From a virus (Duplodnaviria > Caudoviricetes), in IMG/VR virus record IMGVR_UViG_3300044971_001115, positions 1 to 55,345 of that record: DNA of 55,345 nt; one strand, given 5' to 3'. Numbering within the stretch: the first letter of the stretch is position 1; every line of letters begins with the position of its first letter. Position numbers and translations under genes: made by a program. The notes under the pieces are model-generated. The model worked only from the letters and a program-made list of their open reading frames with translations. It had not been told where the DNA came from and did not search any database. Positions 33,401-41,244 of this stretch are shown one piece after another.

Positions 33401-35166
33401 GCTCACGTAGCAAGTACCAGTACTTCCACACTGGTGTTTGCCGCACCGATTCAGGTAAAGACTATCCAGTTGGTCAGCTAACTCTTGCTGGCGGTCATGC
33501 TTCTCTACACGCAGACGCAGCACAGGCAGCTAAGCACTACGATGACACAGCTTCGGCTATTGCGGATGTTCACGCTGGTGAAGATCAGTACGGCATCTGG
33601 GTCTCTGGTTCAGTGAGGCCTGATGCCTCTGAGATGGATATCCGCAAGCTACGTGCTTCGGCTCCTTCTGGTGACTGGCGTCCAATCAACGGCTCTCTGG
33701 AACTTGTTGCTGTATGTCAGGTAAACGTTCCTGGCTTCCCTGTTGCTCGTGCCCTAGTTGCATCGGGTAAGGTATTTGCTCTTGTTGCTGCAGGTGCTAA
33801 CTACTTCGCTATGATGAGGAGCCAGCACGTTGTTTCGCTTGTAGAGCGTGCAGCAAAGCTAGGCGAACTAAGTGCTAGCTCGGCTGACCTGATGGAACGT
33901 TTTGAGACTCAGTTTGGTTACATTCCTCGTGCAAAGCGTGAAGACCTTGCCAAGTCTGGCGAGGCTATGAAGGACGGCTCGTTCCCTATCAAAAACGTAG
34001 AAGACCTCAAGAACGCTATTCAGGCTCATGGTCGTGCAAAAGATATTGCTGCTGCAAAGAAGCACATTATGAAGCGAGCCAGGGCACTTGGCAAGTGGAA
34101 GCTAGTTCCAGAGGAATGGAAGAACGCTAAGACTGTTACCGCCTCTGCTCAGGTTGATGACATGCGTGAGCGTGCTCTAGTTGCTTCTGCTGTTGCAGAA
34201 CTAGCCAAGATCAGCAACGAAGAGCGTGGAACCCTTGCTGAAAAGGGCTACGCTATGTCAGATGGTGCCTACCCAATCCGTAACACCGAAGACCTAAAGA
34301 ATGCTGTTAAGGCATTCGGTCGTGCAAAAGAATCTGAGCGTGCCGAAGTTCGCCGCCACATCATGAAGCGTGCTCGCCAGCTTAAGGCTGCTGATCTGAT
34401 TCCAGACCAGTGGAAGAGCTCGCACACTATGTCTATGGCAAACAGCAACCTAGAGCGTATGCGTGCAGTTGTTGCATCGCTTAGAAGTGAGTTTGCTGAT
34501 GAAGAAGAAGAAGCTCTTCCTACCGACGCAGACATTGAGCTACTAGCTAAAGCTAAATCTGAGGCAGACAAGCAGACCGCTGAAGAGGTCCAACGTGCAG
34601 AGGACATTGCTGCAGGTAAGACCACAGATGTACCTAACTACGATGAAGAAGGTCGCAGCAAGTACACCCCTAAGACTCAGCCGCGTGATGCTAAAGGTAA
34701 GTACCGCAAGGTTCTAGCTCGTCTACGTCAGGACCTCGGTGTTGCTGGTCTACAGAAGGCTCTCCTAAAGGTTCAGGATGCCGAAAACCTAGAGTTCGCC
34801 GGAAACTACGAAGCTTCTCAGAAAGCTAGCTCCGAGCTTCTAGGAATTATCGACCGCCTAGACACCAATGCTCTTAACCCACAGGCTCTAGAAAATGTAC
34901 AGAACTCAGCTCGCGAGCTTGGTCGAGTCATTTCTAACCTTCCACTACCTTTCGGTGCAGAAGCCGAAAAACTAAGATTTAGCGATCTACCTTCTGGGCT
35001 CAAGGACCTCATCGATCAGATGATTACTCGAGTCGAGTCGAAGATTGGTAAAGAGGACGCAGATATTGCAACTAAAGATCTAAAGTCCTACATGTCCGGA
35101 GCCGATGTTTACTCTCAGGGAGAAGTACAGTCCCAAATGAGTAAGCTCCTCCGACTCCTTACCTAA
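30439..35166 (+). CDS. Prohead (capsid maturation) protease polyprotein, 1575 aa
   Basis: Immediately upstream of the capsid gene. Protease-like domain ESGDGRKF..LPLPLLWQ..GH..VVGRI..GVSADLD..IVAKPAF; second domain GGHA..HYDDT..GEDQYGIW..SGDWR..VNVPGFP; two DUF6582-like repeats (GSFPIKN/GAYPIRN). Confidence 0.85.
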   Translation: MAEYLGSIGKLSLFAVGNHSVIVDTDLNMVTEFGALSNIQKSGWALEEFVSDAAHDLASAALYDTANPIIASAGRMYTIPDGVKSEAKKALEWRKEEKRGGTPVGMNTARTLAKGGQIGIEKVRHIAKYFPRHEVDKKGKGWKPGQDNFPSNGRIAWALWGGDAAWRWASDIVERENKKSMTAGGFVEFESYDDAYSDTNAFKAAHELDTNYGPEFLARVRLDGSGIDRLYKIEIDGHVYVWDDCSWDDLSHVDGDIYTYDSSLDDPYDQVEKTHVMIDPDSAVIISAMMQEAPFKSVQINEIDYEESMMMSNAMADLDYEILDRAIMAAGVAAVDPSKDGNYTPEERGEKADKQPRDAGGKFAKAGNRVVVGGDTKRGIGTITKVDNKSGKVDVKLDDGRDITVDSKLTKAFKPGEEPAPMAPAMEQPVPKKKVEPVSTEGILGEPRKKTNEPKAELSESPAPLTKPEIDEMFVEWAASVVSARAASSKAVTAAAPAPATEEPLTPKTSDVTPKYIAIVSPDDPQAVMDLVALVPATATTTEPLMYIRKDGKWVADEQTLKDLKSATPPPVVVLDTQELLNDILKQVDKIENVASTPSKEKPTAETQAAASIYEHLINFWSGSAQAMVAAGGLDRNRGNAEELRQYWTRGKGAAKIRWGTPGDWTRCVRQLSKYMGPRAKGYCQLRHKEATGVYTGSRFNPGKDDSRSLTTFNDRFEDAMIEKSYYAAEVASIKERMGLTAAALPIASGAKFTIPLLIPEDLESGDGRKFKSESIDVRDLPLPLLWQIKTGEGHMGSVVVGRIDHMERIPSGIGNAYGVFDTGPYGREAERLVRNGFIRGVSADLDQFEAKEVDSENAEDSEEVSKQKLTINHARVMAATIVAKPAFQECSIIITDDGDTGIQEDRVIPADGIYEESVETFAPAEALTASGFLDSAIPVTPPEHWFHDPKLTKPTPITVEPDGRIYGHIAAWHVNHIGMPRSTRPPRSRSKYQYFHTGVCRTDSGKDYPVGQLTLAGGHASLHADAAQAAKHYDDTASAIADVHAGEDQYGIWVSGSVRPDASEMDIRKLRASAPSGDWRPINGSLELVAVCQVNVPGFPVARALVASGKVFALVAAGANYFAMMRSQHVVSLVERAAKLGELSASSADLMERFETQFGYIPRAKREDLAKSGEAMKDGSFPIKNVEDLKNAIQAHGRAKDIAAAKKHIMKRARALGKWKLVPEEWKNAKTVTASAQVDDMRERALVASAVAELAKISNEERGTLAEKGYAMSDGAYPIRNTEDLKNAVKAFGRAKESERAEVRRHIMKRARQLKAADLIPDQWKSSHTMSMANSNLERMRAVVASLRSEFADEEEEALPTDADIELLAKAKSEADKQTAEEVQRAEDIAAGKTTDVPNYDEEGRSKYTPKTQPRDAKGKYRKVLARLRQDLGVAGLQKALLKVQDAENLEFAGNYEASQKASSELLGIIDRLDTNALNPQALENVQNSARELGRVISNLPLPFGAEAEKLRFSDLPSGLKDLIDQMITRVESKIGKEDADIATKDLKSYMSGADVYSQGEVQSQMSKLLRLLT

Positions 35167-35175
35167 AAAGTAAGG

Positions 35176-35181
35176 TAAAAT
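35176..35181 (+). promoter_or_regulatory. -10 element upstream of the major capsid gene
   Basis: taaggTAAAAT, similar to taaggTACAAT at 18907-18917; shares a 12-mer with the 21718 site. Confidence 0.55.
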
Positions 35182-35292
35182 TACTAATAGGTAGAGTGCC
35201 TTGCAACTTATGTTTGTGTAGTCCCTCGGCCTTGATTGTTCACCATGAATGGTAAAACATTCATCAAACCAAATACTGGCCTAGGAGGTACA

Positions 35293-37338
35293 GTGTACGA
35301 CCAAATTAAAACTCAGCTAGACACCATTGCTGAGCTAAGCGACGAACAAGTCGCAGAGCTACAGGGTGGAATCGTTGGCGAGTTCGAAAAGGTTGAGGGC
35401 GAAGAGCCTACTCCTGAGACAGTTGATGCTATGACGTCACTTGCTGACTCCCTAGACATCGTGCGTGGTGAGCTAGCTCGCCGAGAGGCACAAGCTGAAC
35501 AGCTTGCCGCCCAGGCTGCAGAAGCCACCGCACGTGTTAAGGGTGTAACTGAAGAGACATCTGGAGAGGAAATGGCTATGGATGAGCCTATGGAAGAGGA
35601 GACTCCTGTAGAGGAAGCTCCTATGGAAGAGGCCCCTGTCGTCGAAGAAACCGAAACTGCAATGGAAGAAGAAGAGGCTCCTATGATGGAAGCCCCTGAA
35701 TCTGAAGAAGCTCCAATGGATATGGAAGCTCCTGTTGAAGAAGAGGAATCACCAGCTGATGAAGCTGAAGACGCCAAAGAAGAGAAGAAGAAGTCCGAGA
35801 GCGAATTTAGCTCGGAATCTGAAGACTCCGCTCCAGCCGAGGAAGCAGTAGTAGTAGAGGAAGCAGTAGAACTTGCTGTTGAATCTGAGCCTGCCGCCGA
35901 AGCATCAACCACTCAGGTAGAAGGATCCGAACTTTCGACCGACGAAACAACTAATCAAGAAACATCTATTGAGCTAGAAGCTCAGGAAGAGCAGGCACCC
36001 GTGACCGCCGCAGCAGAACAGCCTTTCGAGGCCCCAGCTGACCGTCAGCCTGTAGTTCAGGTTTCGGAGGCAGCCCCAGTAGCAATTACTGCAGGTGCCG
36101 ACATTCCTGGTTACACCGCTGGCAGCACAATTGACAGCATGTACGACGTAGCTTCGGCTATGGAGAAGCGTATCCACTCGCTCCGTCGTGTTAACGGTGG
36201 AGATGGAGAGCAGCACATTGTTGCATCTGTCACCACTCAGTTCCCAGAGGATCGTATCCTCACATCCGACGCAGAGTCAAACGCACAGAAGATTGCAGCC
36301 GTTTCCGGCCCAGAGGCACTTGTTGCTTCGGGTGGTCACTCAGCTCCATTCGAAGTTAAGTATGACATCTTCAGCATTGGTTCGACATCAGTACGTCCAC
36401 TTCGTGACGCACTGCCTCGTTTCCAGGCTGACCGCGGCGGTATCCGTTACATCGTTCCACCTACGTTTGCTAACGTAACGTCGAACACCACCACCTATTC
36501 AGACGCTGTTGGCATCTGGACATCTGCAAATGACTCTGCTGAGACACCTAGCCCTGCGGCTAAGCTCTCGAAGACCATTGCTGCTGCTTCAGAAACCACA
36601 GCCCAGACTGACGCTGTAACCCTACAGCTACAGTTCGGTAACCTAATGACCCGTGCTTACCCAGAACTAATTGCTCGTCACAACGAGCTAGCTCTAGTTC
36701 AGCACGCTCGTGAGGCTGAAGAGAACCTAGTATCGAAGATTGCTTCGGCATCGACCGCTGTTACCACAACCAACCTAATTGGTTTTGGTCGCGACTTCCT
36801 AGTACAGGTACGTCGTGCAGCTGTTGCTTACCGTAGCCGCCACCGTCTAGACCCTAAGGCTCGCCTTAAGGCTGTAGTTCCTTTCTGGATCTACGAGGCA
36901 ATGGCTTCGGACTTGACCCTGAACATGCCTGGTGATGGTACCCTCGGTGTGTCTGAGTCTGAAATCAACGGCTACCTAGCTAACTCGAACGTAGACATCG
37001 TTCCAGTACTTGACAACACCTCGTCGTCACTTGCTGGCTCGTTCAACATGTTCCAGGACGCTGCAGCTCTAAACGAGTTCCCGGACACCTTCCGCTGGTT
37101 CCTATTCGCTGAAGGAACATTCTTGTTCCTAGACGGTGGAACTCTGGACCTTGGAATCATTCGTGACTCGACTCTTGTCGGCACAAACGATTACAAGATG
37201 TTCGTTGAAACCTTCGAAGGTTTGGCAAAGGTTGGTATCGAGTCACTCGCTATCACCTCGACCATCTCGATCAACGGTTCAGCTGCTGCACTACGCGACA
37301 CCACCGGCAACACTGCTGCCGCTACTATCGAGCTTTAA
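35293..37338 (+). CDS. Major capsid protein with a fused acidic N-terminal scaffold-like region
   Basis: Start reassigned to GTG 35293 behind GGAGG. Coiled coil then ~140 aa Glu-rich linker (EEAPM repeats); core RPLRDALPRFQADRGGIRY and FLFLDGGTLDLGIIRDSTL..NDYKMFVETFEG, resembling actinophage capsids. Confidence 0.9.
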   Translation: MYDQIKTQLDTIAELSDEQVAELQGGIVGEFEKVEGEEPTPETVDAMTSLADSLDIVRGELARREAQAEQLAAQAAEATARVKGVTEETSGEEMAMDEPMEEETPVEEAPMEEAPVVEETETAMEEEEAPMMEAPESEEAPMDMEAPVEEEESPADEAEDAKEEKKKSESEFSSESEDSAPAEEAVVVEEAVELAVESEPAAEASTTQVEGSELSTDETTNQETSIELEAQEEQAPVTAAAEQPFEAPADRQPVVQVSEAAPVAITAGADIPGYTAGSTIDSMYDVASAMEKRIHSLRRVNGGDGEQHIVASVTTQFPEDRILTSDAESNAQKIAAVSGPEALVASGGHSAPFEVKYDIFSIGSTSVRPLRDALPRFQADRGGIRYIVPPTFANVTSNTTTYSDAVGIWTSANDSAETPSPAAKLSKTIAAASETTAQTDAVTLQLQFGNLMTRAYPELIARHNELALVQHAREAEENLVSKIASASTAVTTTNLIGFGRDFLVQVRRAAVAYRSRHRLDPKARLKAVVPFWIYEAMASDLTLNMPGDGTLGVSESEINGYLANSNVDIVPVLDNTSSSLAGSFNMFQDAAALNEFPDTFRWFLFAEGTFLFLDGGTLDLGIIRDSTLVGTNDYKMFVETFEGLAKVGIESLAITSTISINGSAAALRDTTGNTAAATIEL

Positions 37339-37366
37339 GCCTTAGTAGAAATAGCAGAATTGTTGA

Positions 37367-37390
37367 GGGGGGCCTGGAAACAGGTCCCCC
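37367..37390 (+). terminator. GC-rich GAAA-tetraloop hairpin after the major capsid gene
   Basis: GGGGGGCCTG-GAAA-CAGGTCCCCC, 10-bp stem, no U-tract. Confidence 0.7.
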
Positions 37391-37432
37391 GATACAAAAT
37401 CAAATAGACTTTTAAATTTAAGGATTCTTAAA

Positions 37433-38524
37433 ATGGCTTTTCCAAAGAATGGCGTTGTAGAGGCATCACAAATCATGCCCTCCGCTTTTGGCCTACTTGC
37501 CGTAGTAAAACCTGAAAACTCTGCTGACGAGGACATGTGGGTTCGTGGCTTCTCTCAGGAATATGAATCTACTGTAGACACCCTAACTAACTGGGATGAC
37601 ACAGACACAACGAGTTACGTATTGGTAAATAACGCAACAGTTAATTACTACGATGAGATTAAGCCTTTCTTTATTGAAATTGACGAAGTCCGCTCGACTC
37701 TAGGTTTCTTGGGGATTGACCGAATTGAGCGTTTAAAGCGTCAACTAGAAGGAGTAAGTCAAAAATCCATAGAGCGTGAACTTTGGAATGGTGATATTCG
37801 CATTGCTCAGGGACATGACAACAAGGCTTTAGTTTCATCTAGCGTATCTGTTCTTGATGGCACAGGGCTTTCGTCGAAGCGTGCCCTAGCTGTTCTTGAG
37901 AATGGTATTGCTCAAGTTTCTCATGGCGGGGAGCAGGGTGTAATCCACTCAACTCGCGACGTAGTTGCCCTTCTTTCGAGCAACTCAAACATGCTTTTCC
38001 ACGAGAAGGGCAAGGACCACCTACAAACCATGGGCGGCACCCCCGTCGTGGTCGGCTCTGGTTACAGTGGTGATGGTCCTCGTATTGCTGCTGCTACGGC
38101 AACCATCTCAACCAACACTACGTTGACTATCAACACATCTACTCCGCACTACCTACTTGCAGGTGACACCGTCCGTTACTCCCTTGTTGGAGCAAACATC
38201 AATCAATCTTCAACTTCTACAGCAGTCGTCACTAAAGTCGACGCTGACACAGTAACTATTACTATTGCTAGCTCAACTAACGCTAGCCAAGAGGCCGTAA
38301 CTGGGTACATCCAGCAAATCGGAACTACCTCTGCAAAATGGATTTACGGCACAGGAAAAGTTCGAGTTTACTTGGGCAATATTGATGTTGTAAACGACAA
38401 TCTAAGCCAGGCTTACGATGTGTCAGGTAATGCGAATGACATGCGTATTAAAGCAATCCGCCCTGCAGCGGCTTACTTTAGTACATCAATCCACCTAGCT
38501 GTCAGAGTAGATCTAACAGCCTAA
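37433..38524 (+). CDS. Second capsid protein (putative pentamer/vertex protein) with an inserted beta-domain
   Basis: Directly follows the MCP; IERELWNG, GVIH, GTPVVVGSGY and WIYGTG.V motifs resemble the actinophage family found in this position. Confidence 0.7.
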   Translation: MAFPKNGVVEASQIMPSAFGLLAVVKPENSADEDMWVRGFSQEYESTVDTLTNWDDTDTTSYVLVNNATVNYYDEIKPFFIEIDEVRSTLGFLGIDRIERLKRQLEGVSQKSIERELWNGDIRIAQGHDNKALVSSSVSVLDGTGLSSKRALAVLENGIAQVSHGGEQGVIHSTRDVVALLSSNSNMLFHEKGKDHLQTMGGTPVVVGSGYSGDGPRIAAATATISTNTTLTINTSTPHYLLAGDTVRYSLVGANINQSSTSTAVVTKVDADTVTITIASSTNASQEAVTGYIQQIGTTSAKWIYGTGKVRVYLGNIDVVNDNLSQAYDVSGNANDMRIKAIRPAAAYFSTSIHLAVRVDLTA

Positions 38525-38544
38525 CCAATAAGGAGAATAGCTAA

Positions 38545-39846
38545 ATGGCTACTCAAGATTATGCAGCCAGCATCCAGGGTGTGTCAATTCGTGTCACCCG
38601 TCTGGACGAGTCTGGCAACCTACTGAACGGGCCGGGTGACAGCTACGTAACATCAGCTTTCATGCGTGTATCGTTCACCCCAGAATACGAAGAAGGCGAC
38701 GAGATCACCGAAAAGAACGCTAACGGTATCGTTTGCGTAACTTACAAGTCTCCTGACGTTCTAAAGCGTATCACCATGGAGCTCGCTATCTGTGAGCCAG
38801 ACCCTGAAATTAGCTCGCTAATCTCTGGCGGTCTCTTGCTTCGCAAGGGCAACCAGTCGATTGGTTGGGCATCTCCAGGCGTTGGTGACGACCCAGCCGG
38901 TTACGGTGTTTCTATCGAGGTTTGGTCTCACGCTATTGCAAACGGTAAGAAGAGCACCACTCTTCCTTACTTCCACTGGGTATTCCCATACGCTAAGCTA
39001 CGTCAGTCGGGCGACCGCGTTATTGAAAACGGTATGCTTGCAACTACATTCGAAGGTTACGGCCTTGGAAACGTTAACTTCAACAACGGTCCTGATGGCC
39101 GCTGGGAGTTCGACGCAGCTGCAGACCGTCCATACTCATACGCACGTGCGACATGGGCTCCACAGGGTCTTAAGGGCTTCTACACCTGGAACTACGCCGG
39201 TGAGGGTGCCACTGAGGACACAACCTACAACGCAGTTACCAACCTTAATGGCATCTCTGCTCAGGTTACCGCTGCTGCTCTAACAACTAACGTTGCTACA
39301 GTGACTACTGCAACTGCACACGGCTTTGCTGTTGGTCAGAGCGTAACTCTAACTGGCGTTGAAGGTGCCCTATCAGTAACTAAGAAGGCTGTTACTTCTA
39401 ACGTAGCTACTCTAACTCTATCAAGCGTAACTGCTAACCAGATGGCTATCGGCGATGTTATTACAGTTGCTGGCGTAGATGAGACGTTCAACGGTACTTC
39501 TAGAACTCTAACTGGAGTTAATACAACTGCTGGCACTGTAACCTTCGCTCTAGTCACTGCTGATGTGACTGAAGCTAACGCTACTGGTACGATTGTTCGT
39601 AACTTCTTCAACACTACTGGTACAATTGACACCGTTCCAAGCACAACCACCTTCACGTTCAATGACCGTGCTGGAACTGCTATGGCACGTACTGGTGGAA
39701 ACATCACAACGATTACCTCGCCTGCTGGTGCTGTAGCATCGACAGACTCGCTATCGAGCTCGACAACCGGTTACAACGTTCCTGGTAACGTCAACTTCAA
39801 CCCTGACGAAGCTATCGACCGCGTAATTCAGTCGAACGAGAGCTAA
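38545..39846 (+). CDS. Major tail tube protein with C-terminal accessory beta-domains
   Basis: IRVTRLD..G, EYEEGDEITEKNANG.VC and YFHWVFPY motifs; AGGAG RBS; Thr-rich accessory domains. Confidence 0.88.
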   Translation: MATQDYAASIQGVSIRVTRLDESGNLLNGPGDSYVTSAFMRVSFTPEYEEGDEITEKNANGIVCVTYKSPDVLKRITMELAICEPDPEISSLISGGLLLRKGNQSIGWASPGVGDDPAGYGVSIEVWSHAIANGKKSTTLPYFHWVFPYAKLRQSGDRVIENGMLATTFEGYGLGNVNFNNGPDGRWEFDAAADRPYSYARATWAPQGLKGFYTWNYAGEGATEDTTYNAVTNLNGISAQVTAAALTTNVATVTTATAHGFAVGQSVTLTGVEGALSVTKKAVTSNVATLTLSSVTANQMAIGDVITVAGVDETFNGTSRTLTGVNTTAGTVTFALVTADVTEANATGTIVRNFFNTTGTIDTVPSTTTFTFNDRAGTAMARTGGNITTITSPAGAVASTDSLSSSTTGYNVPGNVNFNPDEAIDRVIQSNES

Positions 39847-39863
39847 TAAGTTAAAAACTGATG

Positions 39864-39907
39864 AAGGCGGCGTGTGTCGGTATCGAAATATGCCGACCCG
39901 CCGCCTT
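39864..39907 (+). terminator. Long hairpin after the tail tube gene
   Basis: AAGGCGGCG..GTCGGTAT-loop-ATGCCGAC.CGCCGCCTT inverted repeat. Confidence 0.7.
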
Positions 39908-39930
39908 AATCATATCTAGGAGATAAGACG

Positions 39931-41040
39931 ATGGCAGCAAACTACTGGGTCCAGACTACTGAGCTGGGCGACTATGCCAACACAGAGTATGCAGACGAAG
40001 CCTGCAAGACTGCGTCTTACCTGCTTTGGGCAATGTCTGGCCGCAAATACACTGGCACAACAATTGTTACCGAACGCTACACCTGCACCCTACGCAATAA
40101 CCGTATGGGGCCGTCCACCAAGACCAACTCTCCAATCCTTTTCGGTGGAGACGTTTACAACATCCCAAGTGACGACTACGACGAGTACTCGGAACTGACT
40201 ACTGATGGCATGTCACCTGACGCACGTATCAAACTACGTGGACGTCCAATCATTAAGATTCATTCAATTAGAAATAAGAATGGACTTATCTTAGACCCGT
40301 CGAGCTACTACCTAGTTGACCACTCGACTATCCACATCACCGCGGGAACTCCGTGGACCCCATGCAACACTGAAGTTACTTATGAGTATGGTGCCGCTGT
40401 TCCTATGGCTGGAAAGATGGCTGCTCGTACTCTTGCTATGGAGTTTGCAAAGCTCTGGGCTGGCGATGACGACTGCCAGCTTCCTCAGCGTATTACATCT
40501 GTATCTCGCCAGGGTGTGTCATTTACTATTCTTGACAACCAGGAGTTCATCGAAGAACTTCGCACTGGTCTTTACGCTGTTGACCTTTTCCTCAAGACCA
40601 CTAACCCAGACAACGCTCGTCGCAAGTCTAAAGTATTCTCTCCCGATGCACCACGTGCCCGCCGCTACACTCCCAAAACCGAGGTTCTCACTGCTAATGC
40701 TAGCTACGACCTAACAGTTGTTAAATCTACCCCTGCAACCTGGACATCCACTGGAACTGCTGCCAATCTTAGCAACTTTTTTCCAGATTCTGGCTGGTCA
40801 CCTAAGATTACAGTTTACAGCTACAGCGAGGCAAGATCGGCTGATTTAGATTCTTCAGCCATCACAGTGAATACAACCTCAAACGTTGTATCATTTACAG
40901 TTTCATACGACAAGGCTTTCTCGGCTTTGGGTATGGTAGATCCAGGAACCTGGACTCTCTTTGCCACCAAGACAATTGCTGGTGTGGAGAATATTGCAGA
41001 AATAGTATCTGGAAACCTCCAGATCAAACTATATAGTTAG
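39931..41040 (+). CDS. Head-to-tail adaptor with a C-terminal extension
   Basis: ASYLLWAMSGRKY, CQLPQRITSVSRQGVS and TGLYAVDLFL...NP motifs; gene position. Confidence 0.8.
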   Translation: MAANYWVQTTELGDYANTEYADEACKTASYLLWAMSGRKYTGTTIVTERYTCTLRNNRMGPSTKTNSPILFGGDVYNIPSDDYDEYSELTTDGMSPDARIKLRGRPIIKIHSIRNKNGLILDPSSYYLVDHSTIHITAGTPWTPCNTEVTYEYGAAVPMAGKMAARTLAMEFAKLWAGDDDCQLPQRITSVSRQGVSFTILDNQEFIEELRTGLYAVDLFLKTTNPDNARRKSKVFSPDAPRARRYTPKTEVLTANASYDLTVVKSTPATWTSTGTAANLSNFFPDSGWSPKITVYSYSEARSADLDSSAITVNTTSNVVSFTVSYDKAFSALGMVDPGTWTLFATKTIAGVENIAEIVSGNLQIKLYS

Positions 41041-41049
41041 GAAATAAAA

Positions 41050-41232
41050 ATGGCAGTTCAAACAAACTTCCGTGCAGTCGACATGCCAGGCACTACAAAG
41101 CCTGTCGTTGAAGCCGCAAAGGCTGCTCCAAAAGCTGCTGCTCCGAAGGTTACAAAGGCCTCTACTCCAAAGGTAGAAGAAGTTGTTGCTGAGGTAGTTG
41201 TAGCAGTAGAAGAAGAGAAGTCCGCAGAGTAG
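41050..41232 (+). CDS. Small low-complexity (Ala/Lys/Glu/Val) protein
   Basis: 60 aa, AGGA RBS, codon usage like the highly expressed structural genes. Confidence 0.65.
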   Translation: MAVQTNFRAVDMPGTTKPVVEAAKAAPKAAAPKVTKASTPKVEEVVAEVVVAVEEEKSAE

Positions 41233-41238
41233 TAGAAT
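41233..41238 (+). promoter_or_regulatory. -10 element for a probable leaderless transcript
   Basis: TAGAAT ends 6 nt before the ATG at 41245; no Shine-Dalgarno. Confidence 0.55.
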
Positions 41239-41244
41239 ATACTC

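Noticed and set aside
35570-35740. CRISPR-like or regulatory repeats (GAAGCTCCTATGGAA-type)
   Set aside because: These are degenerate coding repeats (EEAPM) in the acidic MCP linker, with no spacer structure.
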